From Pseudomonadota bacterium (GTDB lineage Bacteria > Pseudomonadota > Gammaproteobacteria > Burkholderiales > Thiobacillaceae): a stretch of DNA of 64,000 bases. Both the position numbers and the translations under genes were made by a program. This document shows positions 54,007-64,000 of this stretch, in pieces. Position 1 is the first letter of the stretch. Each line of letters opens with the position of its first letter. Under the pieces are notes generated by a model. The model had not been told where the DNA came from. It ran no database searches and saw only the letters and a program-made list of their open reading frames with translations. The DNA lies in contig JBFLZP010000005.1 in the NCBI GenBank assembly GCA_040756115.1, positions 26,885-90,884 on the forward strand, given 5' to 3'.

Positions 54007-55059
54007 TCACAGGCCTTCGGAGCCCACGCTGCGGCTGATCAGCCAGCGCGAAATTGCGAGCACGATGAAGGTCAGCACGAACAGCACCAGCCCCAGCGTG
54101 AAAAGCGACGCGATATGCAGGCCCGGGTCGGCCTCGCCGAATTCGTTGGCGAGCGTCGAGGCAATCGAGGTGCCCGGCTCGAACAGGCTGGGGTTGATAC
54201 GGTTGGCGTTGCCGATGACGAAGGTCACCGCCATGGTTTCGCCCAGCGCGCGACCGAGCCCGAGCATGATCCCGCCGATGACGCCGACACGGGTGTAGGG
54301 CAGCACGATGTGGCGCACCACTTCCCAGGTGGTGCAGCCCATGCCGTAGGCCGATTCCTTGAGGACATGCGGCACGGTTTCGAACACGTCGCGCATGACC
54401 GAGGCGATGAAGGGAATCACCATCAGCGAGAGGACGATGCTGGCGGTGAGGATGCCCACGCCGATAGGCGGGCCGGCGAACCAGCCGCCGATGACCGGCA
54501 CGTCGCCCAGCCAGTCCTGCAGCGGGGGCTGGATGTATTCCGCAAACAGGGGGGCGAAGACGAACAGGCCCCAGATGCCATAGACAATGGAGGGAATGCC
54601 GGCGAGCAGTTCGACCGCGGTCCCGAGCGGACGGCGCAGCCACGGCGGACAGGTTTCGGTGAGGAAGAAAGCGATACCGAAGCTGATCGGCACCGCGATC
54701 AGGAGCGCCAGCACCGAGGTCACGACAGTGCCGTAGATCGCTGCCAGGGCGCCGTACTGGTCGTCCGGCACGCTCCACACGTTGGTCCAGAAGAACGACG
54801 GGCCGAAGGCCTGCAGGCTCGGCCAGGCCTCGATCGTCAGCGATACGAGGATGCCGACCAGCGTCGCCAGCACCACGAAGGCGAAGAGCTGGGTGGAATG
54901 ATGAAAAAAACTGTCCTGAAGCCGGAACCGCCTGACCTGCCTGAGATGCAGGTCGACCGCGCCGGACGCGTCGCGCTCGCTCACGTGGGATAGCCTGTTG
55001 TTATCTGCGCAAACGCCCGCCGGGAAGGCGCTTGCGCAGATAGCCGGGGGGCCCGGCAT
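54007..55059 (-). CDS. pstC: Phosphate ABC transporter permease PstC
   Basis: [15 protein letters not shown] loop, polytopic. ATG 55059 is the only ATG upstream of the first TM helix, so the true start could be an internal GTG. Confidence 0.88.
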   Translation of the reverse strand: MPGPPAICASAFPAGVCADNNRLSHVSERDASGAVDLHLRQVRRFRLQDSFFHHSTQLFAFVVLATLVGILVSLTIEAWPSLQAFGPSFFWTNVWSVPDDQYGALAAIYGTVVTSVLALLIAVPISFGIAFFLTETCPPWLRRPLGTAVELLAGIPSIVYGIWGLFVFAPLFAEYIQPPLQDWLGDVPVIGGWFAGPPIGVGILTASIVLSLMVIPFIASVMRDVFETVPHVLKESAYGMGCTTWEVVRHIVLPYTRVGVIGGIMLGLGRALGETMAVTFVIGNANRINPSLFEPGTSIASTLANEFGEADPGLHIASLFTLGLVLFVLTFIVLAISRWLISRSVGSEGL

Positions 55060-55078
55060 CTGCCATCGTTTCGCCGGC

Positions 55079-56098
55079 TTACTTGACCTTCTTCAATTCG
55101 GCCTCGACCATCTTGACCACGTTCGGCGGCAAGGGGACGAAGCCCAGCTGGGTCGCCAGCTTCTGGCCGTTGTTGAGCGACCAGGTCAGGAAATCGACCA
55201 CGACCTTCTGCTTCGCCGGGTCGCTGCCGTTCTCATAGATCAGCACGTAGGTCGCGGTCGTGATCGGCCAGGCGTTCGGGTGAGGCTGGTCGAGCAGGTC
55301 GGGCGCCATGCCCTTGACGTTGAAGTCCGCGCCCGCCGCGGCGTCGGCAATCGCCTGTTGGCTCGGGACGATGTACTTGCCCGCCTTGTTCCTGAGCGCG
55401 ACGAAATTCATCTTGTTGCTGAGCGCGTCGGCGATGTCGACGTAGCCGATGGCACCGCGGATTTTCTGCACATTGGCGGCGACACCGGCGTTGCCCTTTC
55501 CGCCCACGGCGTTGCGCGGCCAGTTACCGGTATTGCCGGCGCCGACCTCGCGCTGGAAAGCGGGCGATTGTTTCGCCAGGTAATGGGTGAACGCGTAGGT
55601 CGTGCCCGAGCCGTCGGAGCGATGCGAGAGCGTAATCGCCAGGTCGGGCAGCTTGGCGCCCGGATTCAGGCGCGCGATAGCCGGGTCGTTCCAGCGGGTG
55701 ACGGCGCCGCGGAAGATATCGGCCGCGGTGGGGCCGTCGAGCCGGATTCCGCCCGACTTGAAGCCGGGCACGTTCATGACGAGGGTGACGCCGCCCATCA
55801 CGGTCGGCACCTGGACCAGCCCGGACTGGACCAGGTCTTCGGGCTTGAGCGGCGCATCGGTGCCGCCGAAATCGACGGTCTTGGCCTTGATCTGCTTGAC
55901 TCCGCCGGAAGAACCGATCGCCTGATAGTTGACCTTGTTGCCGGTGGCCGCGCGATACGCTTCCGCCCACTTGGTATAGACGGCATAGGGGAAGGTCGCG
56001 CCGGCGCCCGTGATGTCGGCGGCCAGTGCGCCAGCCGACATCGCAAGGCCCAGGGCCGCGGCCAGGCTTGCCCTGGCCAGCTTGTCAAGAATGAACAT
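55079..56098 (-). CDS. pstS: Phosphate-binding protein PstS
   Basis: 339 aa from ATG 56098 (GGAG 9 nt upstream). Signal peptide [26 protein letters not shown], then [13 protein letters not shown] and SSGGVKQI. Confidence 0.93.
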   Translation of the reverse strand: MFILDKLARASLAAALGLAMSAGALAADITGAGATFPYAVYTKWAEAYRAATGNKVNYQAIGSSGGVKQIKAKTVDFGGTDAPLKPEDLVQSGLVQVPTVMGGVTLVMNVPGFKSGGIRLDGPTAADIFRGAVTRWNDPAIARLNPGAKLPDLAITLSHRSDGSGTTYAFTHYLAKQSPAFQREVGAGNTGNWPRNAVGGKGNAGVAANVQKIRGAIGYVDIADALSNKMNFVALRNKAGKYIVPSQQAIADAAAGADFNVKGMAPDLLDQPHPNAWPITTATYVLIYENGSDPAKQKVVVDFLTWSLNNGQKLATQLGFVPLPPNVVKMVEAELKKVK

Positions 56099-56160
56099 GT
56101 AATATCTCCGTAGTCGTGGACGTTGCCGCACAAGCGGTACCCACATGGTAAGGCGCGAAT

Positions 56161-56178
56161 ATTACAGTTATATGTCAG
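56161..56178 (-). promoter_or_regulatory. Pho box (PhoB binding site) upstream of pstS
   Basis: The minus strand reads CTGACAT-ATAA-CTGTAAT: two 7-nt direct repeats with 11-nt periodicity, matching CTGTCAT-A(A/T)A(T/A)-CTGT(C/A)A(C/T). It lies 63-80 nt upstream of the pstS ATG. Confidence 0.6.
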
Positions 56179-56187
56179 AGCTGGAAA

Positions 56188-57549
56188 TCATCCGCCTGCC
56201 GCAGTCTTGACGGCCGCAGCGATGGTTTCAGCCGTTTGACGCACCAATGACGCATCGCGCCCCTCCACCATGACGCGGATCAGCGGCTCGGTGCCGGAGG
56301 CACGCAGCACGATGCGGCCACTGCCGTTGAGCGCGCGCTCCGCCGCCTCCACCGACGCGCCGACGCCGGGGGCGGATTCGAGCTTGAACGTCTTGCCCAC
56401 GCGGACGTTGATCATCACTTGCGGATAGGTTTCCAGGTCCGCGGTGAAGGCATCCAGCGTCTCTCCCGTTTCGCGCAGTGCGCGCAGCACCTGCAGCGCC
56501 GACACGATGCCATCGCCGGTCGTGTGCTTGTCGAGGCAGAGGATGTGGCCGGAGGTTTCGCCACCGAGCGTCCAGCCATTGGCGTGCAGGCGCTCGAGCA
56601 CGTAGCGGTCGCCGACCTTGGCGCGCTCGAACGGTATATTGAGGCGCGCCAGCGCATGCTCGGTGCCGAGATTGGTCATCAGCGTGCCGACCACCCCGCC
56701 CTTCATGTAGCCACTCTTGATGCGGTGGCGCGCGATGACATAGAGCAGCTGGTCGCCGTCGTAGATGCGCCCGCTGGCGTCGGCCATCATCAGGCGGTCG
56801 CCGTCGCCGTCGAGCGCAATCCCGAGATCGGCCCGATGCGTGCGCACCGCTTCCGACAAGGCCTTGGTATGCGTCGCGCCGCAATGGTCGTTGATGTTGA
56901 AGCCATTCGGCTCGTTGCCGATGGCGATCACCTCGGCGCCCAGTTCGTGCAGCACGTGCGGCGCGACGTGGTAGGTCGCGCCGTGCGCGCAGTCGACGAC
57001 GATGCGCATGCCGCGCAAATCGAGGTGATTGGGGAAGGTGCTCTTGCAGAATTCGATGTAACGCGCGGCCGCATCCTCGATGCGGCGCGCGCGGCCGAGC
57101 TGGCGCGCCTCGACGGTGACGATCGGGTGGTCGAGCCGCGCCTCGATCGCCTCCTCCACGGCGTCCGGCAGCTTCTGGCCGCTTTCCGAGAAGAACTTGA
57201 TGCCGTTGTCCTCGAAGGGGTTGTGCGAAGCGGAAATCACCACGCCCGCCTGCAGGCGCAGCGCCCGGGTGAGATAGGCCACCGCCGGCGTCGGCATCGG
57301 CCCGGTCATCAGCACGTTCACCCCGGCGGCGGTGAACCCGGCTTCCAGCGCGGCCTCGAGCATGTAGCCGGAGATGCGGGTGTCCTTGCCGATCAGCACC
57401 GTCGGATGCTGGTTGGGCGGCAGGCTGCCGCGGTCGGCCACCAATACCTGGCCGGCGGCGTAGCCCAGGTGCAACACGAACTCCGGGGTGATCGGCGATT
57501 CCCCTACCTTGCCGCGCACGCCGTCGGTTCCGAAATACTTACGTCCCAT
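56188..57549 (-). CDS. glmM: Phosphoglucosamine mutase
   Basis: 453 aa from ATG 57549 ([16 protein letters not shown]); phosphoserine loop [12 protein letters not shown] and DGDGDR. Confidence 0.94.
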   Translation of the reverse strand: MGRKYFGTDGVRGKVGESPITPEFVLHLGYAAGQVLVADRGSLPPNQHPTVLIGKDTRISGYMLEAALEAGFTAAGVNVLMTGPMPTPAVAYLTRALRLQAGVVISASHNPFEDNGIKFFSESGQKLPDAVEEAIEARLDHPIVTVEARQLGRARRIEDAAARYIEFCKSTFPNHLDLRGMRIVVDCAHGATYHVAPHVLHELGAEVIAIGNEPNGFNINDHCGATHTKALSEAVRTHRADLGIALDGDGDRLMMADASGRIYDGDQLLYVIARHRIKSGYMKGGVVGTLMTNLGTEHALARLNIPFERAKVGDRYVLERLHANGWTLGGETSGHILCLDKHTTGDGIVSALQVLRALRETGETLDAFTADLETYPQVMINVRVGKTFKLESAPGVGASVEAAERALNGSGRIVLRASGTEPLIRVMVEGRDASLVRQTAETIAAAVKTAAGG

Positions 57550-58378
57550 CGTATCCTTCCTCCACTGCATTCCAGATGGCCAGCGCGTCGCGCATGGCCG
57601 CCACATCGTGTACGCGCACCAGGCGCGCGCCGCGCGCGATGGCGATCAGGTGTGCCGCCACGCCGGCGAATTCGCGTTCGCCCACGCCACGTCCGGTCAG
57701 CGTGCCGAGCATGGTCTTGCGCGACATGCCCGCCAGTACTGGCACGCCGACGGCGACGAGCCGGTCCAGATGCCTGAGCAAGGCCAGATTGTGCTCGAGC
57801 GTCTTGCCGAAGCCGAAGCCGGGGTCGATCACCAGGCGCTCGCGGGCAATGCCCGCCGCCTCGCAGGCCGCGACACGCCCGGCCAGGAAGACCGCCACCT
57901 CGTCCACCACGTCGCCATACGTCGGCGCCTGCTGCATGGTGCGCGGCTCGCCCCGCATGTGCATCAGGCAGGCCGCCGCGCCGGACGCCGCCACCGCGGC
58001 CAGCGCGCCGGGATTTTGCAGGGCCATGACGTCGTTCACCATCGCCGCGCCGGCAGCGAGCGCCGCCCGCATCACCTCGGGTTTCATGGTGTCGACCGAC
58101 ACCACGCAGCCCTGTGCCGTGAGCGCTTCGATTACCGGCAGCACGCGTTCGATTTCCACCTCGGCCGACACCGGCGCCGCGCCGGGACGGGTCGATTCCC
58201 CGCCGACGTCGAGGATATCGGCGCCCGCCTCCCGCAGCTTGAGCGCGTGCGCGACCGCTGCCTGGACGTTGGCCAGCCGCCCGCCGTCGGAAAACGAATC
58301 CGGAGTGACGTTGACGATGCCCATGACGAGGGGCCGGGCGAGAGAGAGCCGGTACGGACCGGCATGCAGGACGGACAT
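57539..58378 (-). CDS. folP: Dihydropteroate synthase
   Basis: 279 aa from ATG 58378 ([27 protein letters not shown]); [13 protein letters not shown] and IDPGFGFGK. The listed 811-aa ORF upstream of this is an out-of-frame read of ftsH. Confidence 0.93.
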   Translation of the reverse strand: MSVLHAGPYRLSLARPLVMGIVNVTPDSFSDGGRLANVQAAVAHALKLREAGADILDVGGESTRPGAAPVSAEVEIERVLPVIEALTAQGCVVSVDTMKPEVMRAALAAGAAMVNDVMALQNPGALAAVAASGAAACLMHMRGEPRTMQQAPTYGDVVDEVAVFLAGRVAACEAAGIARERLVIDPGFGFGKTLEHNLALLRHLDRLVAVGVPVLAGMSRKTMLGTLTGRGVGEREFAGVAAHLIAIARGARLVRVHDVAAMRDALAIWNAVEEGYDGT

Positions 58379-58431
58379 AAAAAATGGAGAAGCCGCAGCC
58401 TCTCCATTGTACCGGGCAGCGATGCCGGCGC

Positions 58432-60324
<1,893 letters not shown>

Positions 60325-60389
60325 TTTCACTCCTTGGTGCCGAAGTCGGCACGATCACATAACTTGCTTCAGTCGCACCACATTTAGAC

Positions 60390-61067
60390 TCATTCTAAAC
60401 CTGGTTCTGGCGGGTTGTCACGGCCGATTTCGGCAACGGACCGGGGCCGCCGCCCCAACAGGTAGACCTCGCTGCTGCGATCCCGCGACGCCTCGGGCTT
60501 GCGAATCACCACCTGCTCGAATGCGTCGCGCATCTGCTTCACGAAATCCTCGAAGCCGACGCCCTGAAAAACTTTGACGAGAAAAGCCCCGCCGGGTTTC
60601 AGCCAGCGCGCGGCAAAATCGAGCGCCAGCTCGCATAATTCGTACTGCCGGGCCTGGTCGCGCAGCCCCACGCCACTGATATTGGGCGCCATGTCGCTCA
60701 ATACAAGGTCGACCCGCGCGCCCTGCAGCTTGTGTTCCAGCCAATCGAGGCCGGCCTGCTCGGTGAAATCGCCTTCCAGGCTGTCCACGCCCGGCAGCGG
60801 CGCCATCGGCAGCAGGTCGATCGCCAGCACCCTGCCCTGCCGCTTCAGTTTCTGCACCACGACCTGGCTCCAGCTGCCCGGCGCGGCGCCGAGGTCGACC
60901 ACGGTCATCCCCGGTTTCAGCAGATGATCGCGCTGGTCTATCTCGAGCAGCTTGTACGCGGCGCGCGAGCGGTAACCGTCCTGCTGCGCCTTCTTGACGT
61001 AGGGGTCGGTCACGTGCTCGTGCATCCAGGCACGGCCCGACTTGGTTCGCTTGACTTTCTGCCCCAT
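60390..61067 (-). CDS. rlmE: 23S rRNA (uridine2552-2'-O)-methyltransferase RlmE (FtsJ)
   Basis: 225 aa from ATG 61067 (MGQKVKRTKSGRAWMHEHVTDPYVKKAQ..YRSRAAYKLLEI); SAM motif VVDLGAAPGSWSQ. The start lies 10 nt after the pelG stop. Confidence 0.92.
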   Translation of the reverse strand: MGQKVKRTKSGRAWMHEHVTDPYVKKAQQDGYRSRAAYKLLEIDQRDHLLKPGMTVVDLGAAPGSWSQVVVQKLKRQGRVLAIDLLPMAPLPGVDSLEGDFTEQAGLDWLEHKLQGARVDLVLSDMAPNISGVGLRDQARQYELCELALDFAARWLKPGGAFLVKVFQGVGFEDFVKQMRDAFEQVVIRKPEASRDRSSEVYLLGRRPRSVAEIGRDNPPEPGLE

Positions 61068-61077
61068 GGGATTTTGT

Positions 61078-62448
61078 CTATTGCAGCATGAAGGTGCGGT
61101 ATTCGAGCTTGTCGAGCTGGCGGTCGAGCATGAAGAATCCCAGCAGGACGACGACGAGCAGGCTGGCGGCGAAGCCATAGCCATACCACGCAGGCCCCAG
61201 TTTAATCGACAGCAGGGTAAGCCCGATATTCAGCAGGGCGAACAGGGCGACCAGCAGCAGCACGCTGCGGCGCCGGTCGAGGTAGAAGAAGACGTTGAGC
61301 AGGCCGAGGAACACCACCTGCAGGCCGGCGCCGATCAGCATGATCATGAGCAGCAGTTCGTAGAGCTCGGAAATGCCGAAGAACTTGAGCACGCCCGGTC
61401 CGATGACGAAATAGAACAGCACGGCGAGCGACTGGATCTTGATGATCTCGAACAGGCCCTGGCGCGCCGACCAGACCATTTCGTTGCGCATTTCCTCGAT
61501 GTATTCGAGCGAGCCGCCATTCCTCACGGCGTCGTAGAACTTGTCGTAGTACTCGACGAAATCGGTTTCCATGCGCAGCAGGAACACGGCCATGCCGGGA
61601 ATGACCGACAGGTAAGCCAGGAAGATGGGGAAATCGTAGATTTCGGACGCCCGGAGCGGGCCGATGATGGCGCTGCTGGTGTCGGCATTGAACCAGAAGA
61701 TGAACTTGTCGGCCCACAGCGCCAGGTTGAACAGCAATCCCACCGCCATCAGGTCGGGGTATTGCCTGAGCCCCTGCAGGAACTCGAAGCCGATGAAACG
61801 GCTGGCGGGGTAATGATGGGCGACGATGAGGATCATGCCGGTGAGCAGCACGAGCTGGCCGATGACGAAGCCGAGCAGCAGGCCCTCGGTTCCGAGGGGG
61901 CGCAACACCAGTGACGACACGATGGCCAAACCGTAGCCCAGCGCATACAGCACCAGCACCTGTTTGTATTCCTTGAGCCCGGTCAACATGACCGAGGCCA
62001 CCCAGACATTCGACAGCAGCACGAAGCCGCTCATCAGCAGCAGGCGGAACATGAAGCTGGCGTCGGGGAACAGGAAAAGCGCCGCCGGCAGCGCGAGCGC
62101 GCCACTGACAAAGGTGGTCAGCAGCTGCAGACCCATGAAGGTGGGCAGCACCAGGTCGTGACGTTTCTCGAACAGCCGGTCGGCGATGTAGCGGGTATAG
62201 GCCAGCTGCACCAGGCCGGTGAGGATGAGGCTCAGGGCGATCAGGTAGGTGATGGAAACCTGGAACTGGGTGACGAGCAGGTCGGGCTTGACCACCCCGA
62301 CGCTCATGAAGCCGACGAAGACCAGGCCGACGATGGAGATGATCCAGGGGCCGGAGCCGATGATGCCGGCATAGGCGTAGGCCCGGATCCAGCTGGAGAG
62401 GTTGTCGCGCCGCAGCAGCTTGCGCAGCTCGAATCCGATGCCCGCCAT
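61078..62448 (-). CDS. pelG: Pel exopolysaccharide biosynthesis membrane protein PelG
   Basis: 456 aa, about 12 TM helices. The N-terminus MAGIGFELRKLLRRDNLSSWIRAYAYAGIIGSGPW is nearly identical in pattern to PelG of Pseudomonas. Confidence 0.88.
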   Translation of the reverse strand: MAGIGFELRKLLRRDNLSSWIRAYAYAGIIGSGPWIISIVGLVFVGFMSVGVVKPDLLVTQFQVSITYLIALSLILTGLVQLAYTRYIADRLFEKRHDLVLPTFMGLQLLTTFVSGALALPAALFLFPDASFMFRLLLMSGFVLLSNVWVASVMLTGLKEYKQVLVLYALGYGLAIVSSLVLRPLGTEGLLLGFVIGQLVLLTGMILIVAHHYPASRFIGFEFLQGLRQYPDLMAVGLLFNLALWADKFIFWFNADTSSAIIGPLRASEIYDFPIFLAYLSVIPGMAVFLLRMETDFVEYYDKFYDAVRNGGSLEYIEEMRNEMVWSARQGLFEIIKIQSLAVLFYFVIGPGVLKFFGISELYELLLMIMLIGAGLQVVFLGLLNVFFYLDRRRSVLLLVALFALLNIGLTLLSIKLGPAWYGYGFAASLLVVVLLGFFMLDRQLDKLEYRTFMLQ

Positions 62449-63980
62449 CAGTCCCGCGCCCCCACGGCCTTGACATAGAGCTCCCGGTAGGCGTCGATCA
62501 TCATTTCCAGGGAATAGAAGCGTTCGACCCGGGCAATGCCCGCCGCCTGGGCCGCCTGCCAGTTATGCGGCTGCATGAGGTCGAGCGCGGCCTTGGCCAG
62601 CGCCTCGGGGTCGGCAATCCCCACGACGCGCCCGGACGGGCCGAGCGCGCGGTCTTCCGGGGTCAGGCCCTCGATGAGCTGGCGACAGGCGCCGACGTCG
62701 GTGGCGATACTGGGCACGCCCGCGGCGTAGCCTTCCAGGATCACCAGCGGCAGGGCCTCGCTGATGGACGACAGCACCAAAACCCCGACCCGGGGCAACA
62801 GTTCGTCGATTTTCTGGAAGCCGAGAAATTTCACCCGCTCCAACAGCCCCAGGCTCTCCACCAGATTCAGGCACGCCTGGTAGTAGGCGGGATCCTCGTC
62901 GGTGGGGCCGGCGATCCAGCCTTCCGCCTCGGGATCATGGTCGGCGATGGTGCGCATCGCGCGGATGAAGGTCTTGACGTCCTTGATCGGCACCACGCGA
63001 CCGAGCAGGCAAAAGGTCTTGGGGGGAACAGGCGAGCGCTTGTCGCGCAGCGGCGCCAAGCGGGCGATGTTGACGCCGTTCGGGATGTTGCGCGTGCGCG
63101 CCGGATCGGCGCCGTCCGCCACCTGCCGCAGGCGGTTGGTTTCGTACAGGGCGACGATGTCGTCGGCGGCGTCGTAGCAGATCTTCCCCAGGGCCTCGAA
63201 GAAACGCACCCACATGTCCTTGAAGTACGCCACCTCGGAAGGATCCTTGTCGAACACGTTGCGGTTGTCGCGGATCCACTCGGCCTGGAACAGGTCGATC
63301 TTGCGCTCCTTGGTGTAGATGCCGTGCTCGGACAGCAGCATCGGCCGCTGCTGGTAGCCCTTGAGCATGGCCGCCATGAGGCCGGCGTAGCCGGTGGAGA
63401 TGGTGTGGATCGCGCCCACCGGAATGAACTCGCTGGCGATGCGCGACAGCCGCCACAGCGGCGCGTGCATGATGCGCCAGGTCCAGAAGTAATCGACGAA
63501 GGACGGATCGCGGCAATATTTCCGGTAGGCGTCGGTAACGAAATTCCACGACTGCTCGCTGTACAGGAATCCCTCGTACGGCAGTCCGCCGCCGGGTTGG
63601 ATCGCGGCCAGCAAGTCCCCCATCGCGCCGCGGCCGCCCGCCTCGCCGGGCGTCGCCCGCAGCGTCTCGTGCGCCTCGCGCACGCGCCGCATCGTGTCCG
63701 CCGCCAGAGTTTGCTTCATGACCGGCGGCGCGGCCGTTTGTTCGTGCAGAAAATGCACTTCCAGGTGCACGAGGTTGTCCGGCAGCGGGTACTTGGGGTC
63801 GCCGTAGTCCTGCGGCCGGCTGCCCAGGAAGATCCCGGCGAAGCTGTATTGCGGGAACGAACGGACGATCTGGTTTACCCAGCTCGACACCCCGCCCGCC
63901 ACGTAGGGAAAGGTGCCTTCCAGCACCAGGCCGATATCGGCGTGTTGCGCCTGGCGCAGATAGCGCGGCGGCTGGCTCAC
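62448..63980 (-). CDS. pelF: Pel biosynthesis glycosyltransferase PelF (GT4)
   Basis: 510 aa; ADIGLVLEGTFPYVAGGVSSWVNQ (PelF/DUF3492-type N-terminus) and a C-terminal GT4 domain (VLSSISEALPLVILEGYAAGVP). The start codon reads GTG at 63980, and its stop shares 1 nt with the pelG ATG. Confidence 0.88.
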   Translation of the reverse strand: MSQPPRYLRQAQHADIGLVLEGTFPYVAGGVSSWVNQIVRSFPQYSFAGIFLGSRPQDYGDPKYPLPDNLVHLEVHFLHEQTAAPPVMKQTLAADTMRRVREAHETLRATPGEAGGRGAMGDLLAAIQPGGGLPYEGFLYSEQSWNFVTDAYRKYCRDPSFVDYFWTWRIMHAPLWRLSRIASEFIPVGAIHTISTGYAGLMAAMLKGYQQRPMLLSEHGIYTKERKIDLFQAEWIRDNRNVFDKDPSEVAYFKDMWVRFFEALGKICYDAADDIVALYETNRLRQVADGADPARTRNIPNGVNIARLAPLRDKRSPVPPKTFCLLGRVVPIKDVKTFIRAMRTIADHDPEAEGWIAGPTDEDPAYYQACLNLVESLGLLERVKFLGFQKIDELLPRVGVLVLSSISEALPLVILEGYAAGVPSIATDVGACRQLIEGLTPEDRALGPSGRVVGIADPEALAKAALDLMQPHNWQAAQAAGIARVERFYSLEMMIDAYRELYVKAVGARD

Positions 63981-64000
63981 GACCAGTACCCTACCAGGGG

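Noticed and set aside
63977-64000. The 3' end of pelE
   Set aside because: Only 24 nt are available. The position and the GTGA overlap with pelF are suggestive, but no sequence-level support is possible, so it is not listed as a feature.

Overview
High-G+C, very gene-dense chromosomal window (only about 10 intergenic gaps exceed 60 nt), almost entirely conserved housekeeping operons. Gene order (secG, tRNA-Leu, nuoA-N, DUF2818; rlmE-ftsH-folP-glmM-pstSCAB) suggests a betaproteobacterium, which is inference only. From left to right:
- a phosphoketolase 3' end;
- a REC-TPR response regulator with a sensor-less histidine kinase;
- one tightly coupled minus-strand string: malic enzyme, sdhCDAB, sdhE, gltA, sucAB and an orphan mlaF;
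- an isolated flhB-flhA-flhF-flhG(-like)-fliA module;
- a cysE-iscRSUA-hscBA-(DUF3050-like)-fdx-iscX cluster, then trmJ, suhB and mutS;
- a small accessory-looking patch: a mutS-coupled small ORF, a membrane wHTH-TPR regulator, and a secreted cupin + double-CxxC thioredoxin-fold protein + CcdA;
- ybcJ, DUF2818, nuoN-A, tRNA-Leu(GAG), secG, tpiA, pstBACS, glmM, folP, ftsH, rlmE and pelG-pelF.

I found no CRISPR array, IS or transposon, integrase, prophage or recognisable defence system, and no convincing large novel system. The observations most worth follow-up:
1. a P-loop-less FlhG-position protein that keeps the DQAxGLR motif;
2. an FlhB that ends before its autocleaving C-terminal domain;
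3. a heme-oxygenase-like DUF3050-type gene embedded between hscA and fdx;
4. a third IscR-type operator in front of cysE;
5. the cupin/Trx2/CcdA operon with its divergent regulator;
6. a 156-nt spacer between nuoI and nuoJ carrying a 5 x 7-nt TTAGGGG-like G-tract repeat directly against the nuoJ start.

All family assignments come from reading motifs by eye and need profile searches.
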